Below, one piece after another: positions 8,373 through 18,661 of a stretch of DNA of 64,000 nucleotides (position 1 is its first letter; every line of letters starts with the position of its first letter). Both the position numbers and the translations under genes were made by a program. This DNA comes from Candidatus Limnocylindrales bacterium (GTDB lineage: Bacteria > Moduliflexota > Moduliflexia > Moduliflexales > JAUQPW01). Under the pieces are notes generated by a model. The model saw nothing but the letters and a program-made list of their open reading frames with translations. It had not been told where the DNA came from and made no database searches. Location of the stretch: positions 62,001-126,000 of the forward strand of contig DATMBG010000037.1 of NCBI GenBank assembly GCA_035559535.1. The letters run 5' to 3'.

Positions 8373-9638
8373 TTATAGGGTTCTTCCAGAAGGGATCTCA
8401 GAATATTTCGATTTTGAAACGACGATCCCCGGATGGATCAGGCAATTTCTGCCTATCTGAATGTGGTCCTCGACTTCAGCACCTTTACCCAAGACGGTAA
8501 TCCCGGTATGAAAGTAGGAGGGGTAAGATAAATTGGCAACTTGAGGGTCTCCAGTTCCTACAACAGCATGGGCTCCAATCAAAACATCTTTATCGGCAAC
8601 TACCCGGTCGACAAGGGCGCCGGTACCAATCTGAGTATCATGCATGATAACCGAATCACGAACTACGGCATCCTTTTCTACCACAACTCCCGGGGAAAGA
8701 ACACTTCTCTCTACTCTACCCCTGATCAGACAACCCGGTGAAATGAGGGAATTGATTACCTCGGCAGAAGGATCACATCTGGCCGGAGAACGGTCACCGA
8801 TATTTCTATCCTCTAAATTGGTCCGGACAGACCAGTTCCACAGATCGATCTCCGGTTGATCTTTAAGGAGATCCATATGAAGTTTCCAGTACTCATCAAT
8901 GGTACCACAATACTCCCAGGTTCCGGTAAATGGGTAAGCGTAGAGTCGATACTTCCCTACAAGGTTTGGGATAATATTATAAGCAAAACTATGGGAAGAG
9001 TCTTTCTGCTCGGCATCTTCTTGTAATCTCTCTAAAAGAAAGGGGGTATTAAATACATAGATCCCCAGAGAATAGTAATTCCCCTTAGGAACCTGAGGTT
9101 TTTCTTCGTAACGTAGAACTTTTCCGTCCTCATCCATAGCTAAGATTCCAAATCGGGATGGATTTAGAACGGGTAGCTTCTTACAAACAATGGTACAGTC
9201 GGCCTTTTTACTGATGTGAAAATCTATGACAGGAGAATAATTCATCGTATAAATATGCTCCGCCGATAGAACCAGCACATAGTCTGGATGGTGATCTTCA
9301 ATAAAATTTATATTTTGGTAAACGGCATCGGCAGTTCCTCTATACCAGTCTGAGTCTACCTCTCCTTTGTAAGGAGGTAAAATCCGGACATAGCGGGTTC
9401 TCCCTATAAAATCCCAGGGAGCCCCAATACCTACATGATCCATTAAAGAACTGGGTTTATACTGGGTGAGGATGCCGATAATATTGATCCGAGAGTTCAT
9501 CAAATTACTCAATACGAAATCAATGATCCGATAAATCCCTCCAAAAGGGATAGCCGCCTTGGCCCGCCTCTGGGATAAGATATTCAACGCCGGTACCATC
9601 CCCCCCGCCAGAACCATGGCTATAACTTTTCGTGTCAT
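8373..9638 (-). CDS. glgC: Glucose-1-phosphate adenylyltransferase family protein (GlgC/GlgD-like) with degenerate catalytic motifs
   Basis: RAKAAIPFGG, WYRGTADAVYQN, YEEKP and a C-terminal left-handed beta-helix are present. LAGGMVPAL and LSAEHIY deviate from the GlgC consensus. Confidence 0.8.
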   Translation of the reverse strand: MTRKVIAMVLAGGMVPALNILSQRRAKAAIPFGGIYRIIDFVLSNLMNSRINIIGILTQYKPSSLMDHVGIGAPWDFIGRTRYVRILPPYKGEVDSDWYRGTADAVYQNINFIEDHHPDYVLVLSAEHIYTMNYSPVIDFHISKKADCTIVCKKLPVLNPSRFGILAMDEDGKVLRYEEKPQVPKGNYYSLGIYVFNTPFLLERLQEDAEQKDSSHSFAYNIIPNLVGKYRLYAYPFTGTWEYCGTIDEYWKLHMDLLKDQPEIDLWNWSVRTNLEDRNIGDRSPARCDPSAEVINSLISPGCLIRGRVERSVLSPGVVVEKDAVVRDSVIMHDTQIGTGALVDRVVADKDVLIGAHAVVGTGDPQVANLSYPSYFHTGITVLGKGAEVEDHIQIGRNCLIHPGIVVSKSKYSEIPSGRTL

Positions 9639-10196
9639 ATATCCTCAGGACTACCTTGGGTTCCGTACCCCCATAACGGGGAGCGCACGTTGCACAAACA
9701 GGGTTATTTACTTTATACTATAAGGTGTCTTTCTAAAATTTGTCCCCCTAAAAACTCATTTTTTATTTTCATTTCAAAGGATAGAGTAATACTGTGGAAA
9801 TTATGCTCCGTTTTCCAAAGGACTGTCAAGATAATTTTCCTCGGCAGGATGTTTAACTGAAAGTATAACCTTTTCGTCCCTATATCTTTGTCAACCTTCA
9901 ATACCTCCAGGGATAAAAGCCATGAAACAGGCTCTTTGAGCCGGGAAATAGCTTCATTCCCTTCGCTTTACCCGGGACTTCGGCTTACACGGCAAGTAAC
10001 CGGTTTCCCTATCGAAGTTGTAAAGGAGGTGGGATGAAACGCCGGGTTTTGAACTTTTGGAAAAAAAGCTTCAATCCCACGAAGTTCTCTTGACTTTTAT
10101 GATAAGACACTCATAGTATAACTTAGGGTGAAATGCTTACTTTAATTAATTGAATTAAAATCCTTTGTAAAATGCCTTCTTATCTGTATCTTATCT

Positions 10197-10310
10197 ATGG
10201 TGTTAAAAACCATTTTAGCCCTTCTAGGAATTGCTTTAGGATTATTGATAGGGCTCGCTATCGTTGCCGTAACCATAAAAACGAAACGGGTCATGCGGGG
10301 AAGAAGATGA
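10197..10310 (+). CDS. Small single-pass membrane protein (37 aa)
   Basis: MVLKTILALLGIALGLLIGLAIVAVTIKTKRVMRGRR: hydrophobic helix plus basic tail; below the ORF track cutoff. Confidence 0.5.
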   Translation: MVLKTILALLGIALGLLIGLAIVAVTIKTKRVMRGRR

Positions 10311-10346
10311 TGAAAGATTACTTTTTTCCGTCTACTTAAAGGAGTC

Positions 10347-10631
10347 GTGATTTTTTTTATGAGTTTGTTTAGAGATGAGTCTATGTCTCATGAAGAGATG
10401 GTAGAAATCGAGAGCCGATTAACCAAATTAGAGAGTAGTCTTACGGCTAGCCGGGAAATGTTGGAGAAGTGGAGGGCCCAGGTGAATTTAATCAAAAAGC
10501 TACTGGGAGATCTGGAATTGAGTATTCGTGAGAGTCGCAAAGAAAGCTTCATGATGGACTTTGGGAGTCTCAATCGTGATGTGAATTTGAGCGAGTCGTT
10601 GGAGAAAGAGGATATAGAAGACGAATCTTAA
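10347..10631 (+). CDS. Hypothetical coiled-coil protein
   Basis: AAGGAG RBS; heptad-like helical composition. Confidence 0.55.
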   Translation: MIFFMSLFRDESMSHEEMVEIESRLTKLESSLTASREMLEKWRAQVNLIKKLLGDLELSIRESRKESFMMDFGSLNRDVNLSESLEKEDIEDES

Positions 10632-10709
10632 GCCGCACTAGAATTCAGAGGCCAGGACTCAGACTCGAAATTGGGTTGTTTTCTGACTTCTGATTTCTGA
10701 CTCTGGAGT

Positions 10710-10973
10710 ATGCTCGCAGAATCCAATGAAGAGGCCTTAGAAGCGAAGGTCCAAATGAAGAAGGAAACGGAATATAAATCCAGGATTGTTCGTAATCATA
10801 CTCCACTTATAACAGAGTTTTTAGATAGTTATAAGGATATCTTGAAAGACAAAAAGCTCTGCGAAGAAGGGGCCAGGGGTAAACTGGTTGAAATACCCAT
10901 GCAACCTTTTCTCCTTCAACTCCTTCTCGACTATGAAGATTTTAAAATAGAAAAGAAAAAGTTACTTTTTTGA
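10710..10973 (+). CDS. Hypothetical protein
   Basis: GGAG RBS; ends 15 nt before pepP. Confidence 0.55.
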   Translation: MLAESNEEALEAKVQMKKETEYKSRIVRNHTPLITEFLDSYKDILKDKKLCEEGARGKLVEIPMQPFLLQLLLDYEDFKIEKKKLLF

Positions 10974-10988
10974 AGGGGGAATGCTGAT

Positions 10989-12281
10989 ATGTTTCAGATG
11001 AGACGAGCTCAATTTATGGAAAAAATGGGGAAAGGTGTGGCCATCTTCAAGAGCGCACCTGTTGCTACTCGCAACCAGGACGTAGATCATGAATATCGTC
11101 AGGATAGTGACTTTTACTATTTGACCGGGTTTGAAGAACCTGAATCTCTGTGCCTGCTGGCTCCCGAGCATCCAGAACACCAGTTCGTCATGTTTGTGCG
11201 ACCCCGGGATAAAGAAAAAGAAACCTGGACCGGTAAACGAGCAGGTCCAGAAGGTGCCATAAAGGATTATGGAGCTCAACAAGCCTATACCATCGACAAG
11301 CTGGATGAAATGCTTCCTAAATATTTGGATCAGGTAGATAGAATTTACTATCGGATTGGAAAAGATCCGGAACTGGATCGCAAGATCATGGGTTTAGTCT
11401 ATTCTTACCGTACGAAGTCCCGGGCAGGTATTTCAGGTCCTTATATGTTAATCGACGCAGCCGAGATTCTCCATGAAATGCGCCTGATCAAAAAGGAGGA
11501 AGAATTATCTTTGCTGCGCCAGGCCGTGGATATTTCCTGCGAAGGTCACCTGGAGGCTATGAAGGCAGCCCGGGGAGGAATGTACGAGTATGAAATCGAA
11601 GCCCTTATAGAGTATACCTTTCGCAAAAGGGGTTCTCCTCGAAACGGCTACCCCAGCATCGTGGGCTCCGGTCCTAATACCACCATCCTTCACTACGATA
11701 CCAATAATCGACAAATGCAGGAAGGAGAACTGCTGTTGATCGATGCAGGGGCAGAATATGGATACTATACCGGTGATATTACCCGAACCTTCCCGGTTAG
11801 TCGAAAATTTTCTCCTGAACAAAAGCAGATCTACCAGATTGTTCTGCAAGCCCAACTGGAAGCCATCGACCGGGTTAAACCAGGGGCAAGTATCATGGAT
11901 GTGCATAACCGCGCTGTAGAAGTTATTACCGAGGGACTTGTAGCCCTTGGTTTTCTACGGGGGAATGTAAAAGATTTGATCGAAAAGGAAGAGTATCGTA
12001 AGTTTTATATGCATAAAACCAGTCACTGGTTGGGGATGGATGTCCATGATGTGGGAAAATACAACCTCAATGGGAAGTGGCGGGTGCTAGAGCCGGGGAT
12101 GGTTTTAACCGTAGAGCCCGGGATTTATATTCCTGAAGGAACCGAACAGGTGGATCCTAAATACTGGAATATAGGAATTCGAATCGAAGATGATGTTTTA
12201 GTCACCCCCCAGGGTCATGAAGTCCTGACGGCTAAAGTACCTAAACAAATAGAGGACATTGAGGCGATAAGAGGTTCCTAA
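10989..12281 (+). CDS. pepP: Xaa-Pro aminopeptidase
   Basis: YRQDSDFYYLTG, LLIDAG, DITRT, HWLGMDVHD, TVEPGIY and GIRIEDD motifs. Confidence 0.96.
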   Translation: MFQMRRAQFMEKMGKGVAIFKSAPVATRNQDVDHEYRQDSDFYYLTGFEEPESLCLLAPEHPEHQFVMFVRPRDKEKETWTGKRAGPEGAIKDYGAQQAYTIDKLDEMLPKYLDQVDRIYYRIGKDPELDRKIMGLVYSYRTKSRAGISGPYMLIDAAEILHEMRLIKKEEELSLLRQAVDISCEGHLEAMKAARGGMYEYEIEALIEYTFRKRGSPRNGYPSIVGSGPNTTILHYDTNNRQMQEGELLLIDAGAEYGYYTGDITRTFPVSRKFSPEQKQIYQIVLQAQLEAIDRVKPGASIMDVHNRAVEVITEGLVALGFLRGNVKDLIEKEEYRKFYMHKTSHWLGMDVHDVGKYNLNGKWRVLEPGMVLTVEPGIYIPEGTEQVDPKYWNIGIRIEDDVLVTPQGHEVLTAKVPKQIEDIEAIRGS

Positions 12282-12342
12282 TCGTTGTCTTTGTCAATAA
12301 CCGGATGAAACCTATCCTGGTTCCCCCAGGATCCTGGAAAAG

Positions 12343-13317
12343 CTACTGGAAAAATATGCGCCAGTAGCTATCCACCAGCCAATGGGTAATGGCAGCAGCC
12401 GTAACTTTTCCGGTTCTTATATAGGTAAGCCCATAAAACCATCCGGCCAGGGTGGCCAGAATCACATAGACCCAGTTCGGGGAATCGGGCCGGTGAATGT
12501 GAGATAGACCGAAAATGGCCGAGGAGATCATTAAAGCCACGTAGGGTTTTTCCTTCAATCGCTGAGAAATCAGGTTGTGAATCACTCCACGAAAGACCAA
12601 TTCTTCAGGTAAAGCAATGGAAAATGCAATAAGAACCAGAGAGATAAAGATCTGAGTACCTGATTTCAGGGTCGGGGGTATGGTAATGAAATGGGTAGGT
12701 ACGGCAATGGGAATGGCAAAAAAAGCGACAAATACGGCAAAGTAAAGACCTGCCCACCGGATATCGTTCCTATGCAACTGAAAAGTATAACCTACCCTCT
12801 CTAAAGGGCGTACAACCAGAAAAAGAAAAATCCCCCAGATCAGGCCCAGGACTCTATCCAGAGATTCCCCATGCTCTACCGGAATACTAACCAGCCGGAT
12901 CCACCCTCCCAGGAGGGGAACCCAGAGGGTCGTAATCACCAACACATCCTGGATGGTTAATCCATCCGTTTTTGGCCTCGCAACCAGGAGGATGAAAGCA
13001 GGAATGAAAAGATATAACGCATATATCCCCACATCTTCCCAACGAAATCCGGCAACGGAAAGTGCGTAAAAAGCATACATAATAAGCAGAATCAATGCTA
13101 TACCGAAAACCTTCGCGCAATTAAACCTGATGTTTTCCTTTAATTTTTCGACTAATTCAGGAATCCCGAGCAGAAGATAGAGGGATATAAGGAATATGAA
13201 CAGAGTAATGGCCGCAAGCTGACTTTGAAGATCTAATTTAAGAGTTAATACGTATACAGAAAAAATTGTCGTTAAAAAAACGATGAGTGGAAGAATAACC
13301 CAGTTCTTACCTTTCAT
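12343..13317 (-). CDS. CPBP (CAAX/Abi) family intramembrane glutamic protease
   Basis: PEELVFRG, FGLSH and AAAITHW motifs; many transmembrane helices. Confidence 0.9.
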   Translation of the reverse strand: MKGKNWVILPLIVFLTTIFSVYVLTLKLDLQSQLAAITLFIFLISLYLLLGIPELVEKLKENIRFNCAKVFGIALILLIMYAFYALSVAGFRWEDVGIYALYLFIPAFILLVARPKTDGLTIQDVLVITTLWVPLLGGWIRLVSIPVEHGESLDRVLGLIWGIFLFLVVRPLERVGYTFQLHRNDIRWAGLYFAVFVAFFAIPIAVPTHFITIPPTLKSGTQIFISLVLIAFSIALPEELVFRGVIHNLISQRLKEKPYVALMISSAIFGLSHIHRPDSPNWVYVILATLAGWFYGLTYIRTGKVTAAAITHWLVDSYWRIFFQ

Positions 13318-13523
13318 GTCGATTTTCCTTTTCGCGTTAAAAAGACTCTGTCAAACAAGAGTTTTCTCTAAACCTATCTTCCCATTGTTTTTAACATGTT
13401 ATGGTAGGCTTAAAAAAGCAATATAACCCGATAAAAAAGGAAAAGATTGACTTAAACCTTGCAGAGTAAAGGGGATTTTGGATTCTCATTTTGCGTGGTT
13501 TAAGTAATCGAGGCTAACAGCTT

Positions 13524-14606
13524 ATGAAAATTACCCAAATCGCTTCGGCACTTTATCGGATTCCCCCTCTTCGTCCCAGGAAGGATGCTATTCAGGAGTT
13601 CAGTGCCATGGAACTCCTTCTGGTAGAGATCTTCACAAATGAAGGATTAACCGGGGTGGGTTACTCCTATACCATTGGACAGGGAGGCAAAGCAGCCAAG
13701 GTCCTGTTGGATGAAGATCTCGTTCCTTGCATTCTGGGCGAAGATCCTTCCAATGTGGAGCGTATCTGGCAGAAGATGTGGTGGCGAATTCATGCGGTCG
13801 TCGGTGGGATTTCTCCGGTTGCCATGGCTGCAGTGGATATAGCCTTATGGGATCTCAAAGCCAAGATGGCAAAATTACCGCTTTATAAACTCTTGGGAGG
13901 TTATCGAGATCAAATATCCGTGTACACCACAGAAGGCGGCTGGCTTAATATGAGTTTGGAGGAGATAAAGGAAGAAGCCATAAAAGCCGTCGAAGAAGGA
14001 TTTACAGGGGTAAAACTGAAGGTAGGCAAGGAAGATCCCCTTGAGGACGTTAAAAGGGTTGGTGAAGTTCGTAAAGTTATAGGGGATTCTGTGAAGCTTA
14101 TGGTCGATGTTAACCAAAAATGGACCTCTACGGAAGCCATTACCCGTGGGAAACAACTGGAAGAGTTTAATATTTTTTGGTTGGAGGAACCTCTCCCCCA
14201 CGATGATGTGAGTGGACACGCCACCTTAAAGGCACATCTGACCGTCCCTATTGCCCTGGGAGAGAGCCTTTACACAAAGCAGGCGTTTAAAGCTTATTTG
14301 GAGCAGAAGGCTGTGAGCATTTTACAACCCGATGTGGGTCGGGTCGGGGGGATTACCGAATGGATGAAGATTGCAGCCCTGGCTGAAGCCTGGAACCTTC
14401 CGATAGCCCCTCATTTCCTGATGGAAATCCATTTTCACCTTGCCGCTGCAGTCCCCCATGCTTTGTTCGTAGAATACATTCCGCAATTGGATCCCATTTT
14501 GGAAGAACCTTTTAAAATTAAAAAGGGAATCTTCGAGCTTCCTCCAACGCCAGGCCATGGGATTCGATTCGATAAAGGCAAATTAAAAGCTTATCAGGTC
14601 CTGTGA
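13524..14606 (+). CDS. Mandelate racemase/muconate lactonizing enzyme family protein (probable acid-sugar dehydratase)
   Basis: AAVDIALWDLKAK, KLK, MVDVN, WLEEP, LGE and APH motifs. Confidence 0.92.
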   Translation: MKITQIASALYRIPPLRPRKDAIQEFSAMELLLVEIFTNEGLTGVGYSYTIGQGGKAAKVLLDEDLVPCILGEDPSNVERIWQKMWWRIHAVVGGISPVAMAAVDIALWDLKAKMAKLPLYKLLGGYRDQISVYTTEGGWLNMSLEEIKEEAIKAVEEGFTGVKLKVGKEDPLEDVKRVGEVRKVIGDSVKLMVDVNQKWTSTEAITRGKQLEEFNIFWLEEPLPHDDVSGHATLKAHLTVPIALGESLYTKQAFKAYLEQKAVSILQPDVGRVGGITEWMKIAALAEAWNLPIAPHFLMEIHFHLAAAVPHALFVEYIPQLDPILEEPFKIKKGIFELPPTPGHGIRFDKGKLKAYQVL

Positions 14607-14632
14607 AATTACTTTAACAAGGGTCAGGGGCC

Positions 14633-15586
14633 ATGTTATTTCGCCCAAACAGAAGGCAAAAATATGTGTGGTCCTCCCTCACCGTGATCATCCTTTTTTT
14701 ATCTCTGCTGTTTCTTTCCACGGAACTCTATAAGGAACGGGACTTCAGCCAGATTTTCCTGGATCGGAAAGGAAGTCTCGTCGAGATTGAAGAACGGTCC
14801 CTGGATCCTAAAAAGTATGAAATTCGGCTTCGTAGCTCAAATGGTCTTACCGTGGAGGGATTTATTAAAATTCCGGATTCTTCGACCCTATCTGCACCGG
14901 CGGTTATTGTTTTTAATGGGCTGGAGACCGGAGCCTGGGTGGTGGATCTGATCGGTGGCGTCCAGGAAGTTGAGGAGACGGTGATCATGGCGATGAATTA
15001 TCCTTACAAGGGAGAGGTTTCCCTGGAAGGAGCTCAACTCCTATTGACACTTCTTCAGTTTCGCCAGGCTATTTTTGATACCGTTGTCGGTGGTTTACTT
15101 ATGGTGGATTACCTGACCCAACGTAAAGGGGTAGACCCCGAACGGATTACCATGGTCGGGATCAGTTTTGGAAGTCCTTTTGCCGTGGTAGTGAGTGCCC
15201 TGGATCCTAGAATTCGGGGAGTGGCCATTCATTATGGCGGAGGGGATCTGGAAAAGCTTCTTTTCCATAATATTCAATCGGGAAATTGGATTTCCAGAAA
15301 GTTGCTGAGCTCTCTGGGTGCCCTGATTTTGGCACCCATAGAACCCCTCAAATATATCGACCGCATAGCGCCTCGACCTCTTTTTATGATTAATGGGGAA
15401 CAGGATGAAAGAATCCCCCAGGAGAGTGCCAGGACCTTGTTCCAAAAAGCCCATTTCCCCAAAGAGATGGTTTGGCTGGAGTCCGATCATGTTTATCCTT
15501 CCAAAACAGAGTTGATCCAGGAATTAACCCGCAGAACCGCTCAGTGGATGAAAAAGAACCATCTTCTTAAGGTCTTTCCAAAGTAA
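14633..15586 (+). CDS. Membrane-anchored alpha/beta hydrolase
   Basis: N-terminal TM helix; GISFG nucleophile elbow; GEQDERIP and SDH. Confidence 0.85.
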   Translation: MLFRPNRRQKYVWSSLTVIILFLSLLFLSTELYKERDFSQIFLDRKGSLVEIEERSLDPKKYEIRLRSSNGLTVEGFIKIPDSSTLSAPAVIVFNGLETGAWVVDLIGGVQEVEETVIMAMNYPYKGEVSLEGAQLLLTLLQFRQAIFDTVVGGLLMVDYLTQRKGVDPERITMVGISFGSPFAVVVSALDPRIRGVAIHYGGGDLEKLLFHNIQSGNWISRKLLSSLGALILAPIEPLKYIDRIAPRPLFMINGEQDERIPQESARTLFQKAHFPKEMVWLESDHVYPSKTELIQELTRRTAQWMKKNHLLKVFPK

Positions 15587-15773
15587 AAAAGTAAATAGCG
15601 TAGAATCCAAGACTTTGAAAAGTCAAATAGTTACAAATTTTCTAGTTGACAATTCAAGAATTTTCCGGTTAAATAATTTAAATAGTTTTAATCAAGTGCC
15701 TGATTATTTACAGGTATAAACAGACAGACCCCTTGAGAACTAACGCCGGAGTTAAAATATACCTACGCTTCAT

Positions 15774-16547
15774 ATGCCCTATATAAATATTAAAGACAAT
15801 AAGATTCGATATATTGTAGTGGAGAATACCCATAAAGTAGGACATGGCGAAAAGATTTTTTTCCTTCATGGGTTGGGAGGAAATATTTATAACTGGGCGT
15901 ATCAAATTAAATATTTCTCAGAATCTTATCAGGTGATTGCTTTGGAGTTACCCGGTCATGGAAGATCTCCGGGAAAAGGAGCCACCGCCATTTCCGATTA
16001 TACCAACTTGCTACGAGAATTTTTTGAAGTCATGGACCTGGATGAAGTGATTTTAGTGGGTCATTCCATGGGTGGGGCTATTGCTCTAGATTATGCGATT
16101 AAATATCAAGATTCATTAAAAGCCCTTGGACTTGTAGCTACAGGAGCGAAATTTGAGATTTCTACCCAAACCCTCATAAAAATGAAGGACAACATTGAGT
16201 CTATTTTTGGAGCTTTGGATAAAGCCAAGGAAAAAATGAAAGATATCGATGAACGGTTGGTGACCAACGATATCAATGTGATGCTGGGAGATGTGGTGGC
16301 TGCCAGAAAGTTTAACGTAACCTCCCAGTTATCGACCATTCAAATTCCAACTTTAGTCGTTTGTGGTACCGAAGATCCCTTAATTCAAATCTCAATGGCC
16401 GAATATCTCCGGGATCACATTCCGGGTGCTCAACTTGCCCTCATTAAAGGAGCCGGTCATATGGTCATGGTAGAATACCCCCAAGAGTTTAACACCATTT
16501 TGGAGCAGTTTGTTATTAACTTAATGGTAAACTCTTTATGGGACTAA
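15774..16547 (+). CDS. Alpha/beta hydrolase
   Basis: FLHGLGG, GHSMGG, GTEDP and GAGH motifs. Confidence 0.9.
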   Translation: MPYINIKDNKIRYIVVENTHKVGHGEKIFFLHGLGGNIYNWAYQIKYFSESYQVIALELPGHGRSPGKGATAISDYTNLLREFFEVMDLDEVILVGHSMGGAIALDYAIKYQDSLKALGLVATGAKFEISTQTLIKMKDNIESIFGALDKAKEKMKDIDERLVTNDINVMLGDVVAARKFNVTSQLSTIQIPTLVVCGTEDPLIQISMAEYLRDHIPGAQLALIKGAGHMVMVEYPQEFNTILEQFVINLMVNSLWD

Positions 16548-16633
16548 AAGTTGAAGGGATAGTAAATTATTTGTAATAAGGAGTAAAAGGGTTTAGCTTC
16601 CTTTACTTCTTACTCTGGATAACTTACAGAATT

Positions 16634-18661
16634 ATGGAACCCTCCCTAGATAAGATCCGTAACCTGGGCATTATGGCCCATATCGATGCCGGTAAAACAA
16701 CCGTCACGGAGCGAATCCTGTACTATACCGGGCGCTCTCATAAAATGGGGGAGGTTGACGAGGGATCTGCCACGATGGATTGGATGCCCCAGGAACAGGA
16801 ACGGGGCATTACGATTACCGCGGCAGTTACAACCTGTACCTGGAAAGGTTGTCAGATTAATATCATCGATACGCCGGGTCATGTGGATTTCACCATTGAA
16901 GTCGAACGGGCTTTAAGAGTTCTGGATGGAGCCATAGCCGTTTTCTGTGGGGTAGAGGGTGTAGAGCCTCAATCTGAAAAGGTGTGGCGGCAGGCGGATC
17001 GTTACCATCTTCCCCGGATAGCTTTTGTCAATAAAATGGATCGGGTTGGGGCCGATTTCTTTCGGGCCATCCAGAGCATGGAAGAAAAACTGAAAGCCCG
17101 GGTTGTTCCTATTCAACTCCCCTGGGGAGGAGAAGGTGATTTCCGGGGGGTTATTGACCTTATTGAAATGAAGGGCCTTCTCTGGCAGGATGAATTGGGG
17201 ACGCAAATTGCAGAGGTTGAAATTCCGGTGGATAAGATCCAGGAGGCGAAAAAATACCGAGACAGGCTCATAGAGACCCTGGCCGAGACGGATGATGTTC
17301 TGCTCGATAAGTATCTCAATGAAGTACCTTTGACGGCCGAAGAAATAAAAGCCTCCTTACGGAAAGAGACGTTACAGGGCCGGCTCTTTCCCGTACTTTG
17401 CGGTTCAGCTTTAAAAAATAAAGGCATACAACCTCTGCTCGATGCCGTCATCGACTATCTCCCTTCTCCCATAGAAGTTCCTATAACCCGAGGAATAAAT
17501 CCCCTCACCCAGCAGGAAGAAATTCGTAAGCCGGATTCTACAGAACCTCTGTCGGCTCTTGTATTTAAAGTCATGACCCATCTGGAAGGTCCCACCATCT
17601 TTTATACCCGGATTTATTCCGGTACGTTGTCAGTGGGAGATACCGTCTATAATCCACGTTCGTGTAAGAGGGAAAAAGTTCTGAGGGTCCTTCAACTCCA
17701 TGCCAACAAAATCAACCAAATCGATAAGGCTTATCCGGGGGCCATCATCGGGATTATCGGCTTGAAGTTCACCACGACCGGGGATACCCTCTGTGACGAA
17801 GCCCATCCCATTCTCCTGCAATCCATTGAGTTTCCAGAACCGGTCATCTCCGTTGCTATTGAGCCGAGAACCCAGGCCGATCAGGAAAACCTGGACGAAG
17901 CTCTTCGAAAATTGGCCAACGAGGATCCCACTTTTCAAGTTAAGAAAAATGAGGAGACCGGCCAGACGATTATTTCCGGAATGGGGGAGCTCCATCTGGA
18001 AATTCTCGTGGATCGACTCCTGCGGGAACATAAGGTCAAAGCTCGGGTTGGAAAGCCCCAGGTGGCCTTTAAAGAGACGATTCGGAAGAAAGTAGAAGTG
18101 GAAGGGAAGTTCATCAAACAAACCGGGGGAAGGGACCATTATGGGCATGTGTGGTTGCGGGTAGAACCCAATGAAAGGGGAAAGGGTTTTAAGTTCGAAA
18201 CCGATCTAAAAGAAGGAACCTTACCGCCGATATATATTGCTGCAGTGGAAGCAGGGATTCGGGATACATTGGGAAGCGGGGTATTGGCCGGATACCCCAT
18301 AGTGGATGTCAAAGTCACCCTCTTCGGAGGTTCTTACCATGAAGAACATTCTTCGGAACTGGCTTTTAAGATCGCGGCTGCAACGGCCTTCAATGATGCC
18401 TGTCGAAAAGCAGATCCGGTGCTTCTAGAACCGATTATGCGGGTCGAGGTTAACACCCCCAAGGCCTATACCGGTGAGGTCATAGAAGATCTAAATACCC
18501 GTAAAGGAAAAATTCAAGGATTGGAAACCCGAGAAACTACGGAAATTATTAAGGCTCTGGTCCCTTTGTCGCAAATGTTCGGCTATACCACCAGTCTCAG
18601 ATCTCTGACTCAAGGCCGGGCAACCTTCTCTATGGAACTGTCTCACTATGACGAAGTCTAA
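16634..18661 (+). CDS. fusA: Elongation factor G, stand-alone paralogue outside the str operon
   Basis: [35 protein letters not shown] and LRSLTQGRA motifs; no rpsL, rpsG or tuf neighbours. Confidence 0.95.
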   Translation: MEPSLDKIRNLGIMAHIDAGKTTVTERILYYTGRSHKMGEVDEGSATMDWMPQEQERGITITAAVTTCTWKGCQINIIDTPGHVDFTIEVERALRVLDGAIAVFCGVEGVEPQSEKVWRQADRYHLPRIAFVNKMDRVGADFFRAIQSMEEKLKARVVPIQLPWGGEGDFRGVIDLIEMKGLLWQDELGTQIAEVEIPVDKIQEAKKYRDRLIETLAETDDVLLDKYLNEVPLTAEEIKASLRKETLQGRLFPVLCGSALKNKGIQPLLDAVIDYLPSPIEVPITRGINPLTQQEEIRKPDSTEPLSALVFKVMTHLEGPTIFYTRIYSGTLSVGDTVYNPRSCKREKVLRVLQLHANKINQIDKAYPGAIIGIIGLKFTTTGDTLCDEAHPILLQSIEFPEPVISVAIEPRTQADQENLDEALRKLANEDPTFQVKKNEETGQTIISGMGELHLEILVDRLLREHKVKARVGKPQVAFKETIRKKVEVEGKFIKQTGGRDHYGHVWLRVEPNERGKGFKFETDLKEGTLPPIYIAAVEAGIRDTLGSGVLAGYPIVDVKVTLFGGSYHEEHSSELAFKIAAATAFNDACRKADPVLLEPIMRVEVNTPKAYTGEVIEDLNTRKGKIQGLETRETTEIIKALVPLSQMFGYTTSLRSLTQGRATFSMELSHYDEV

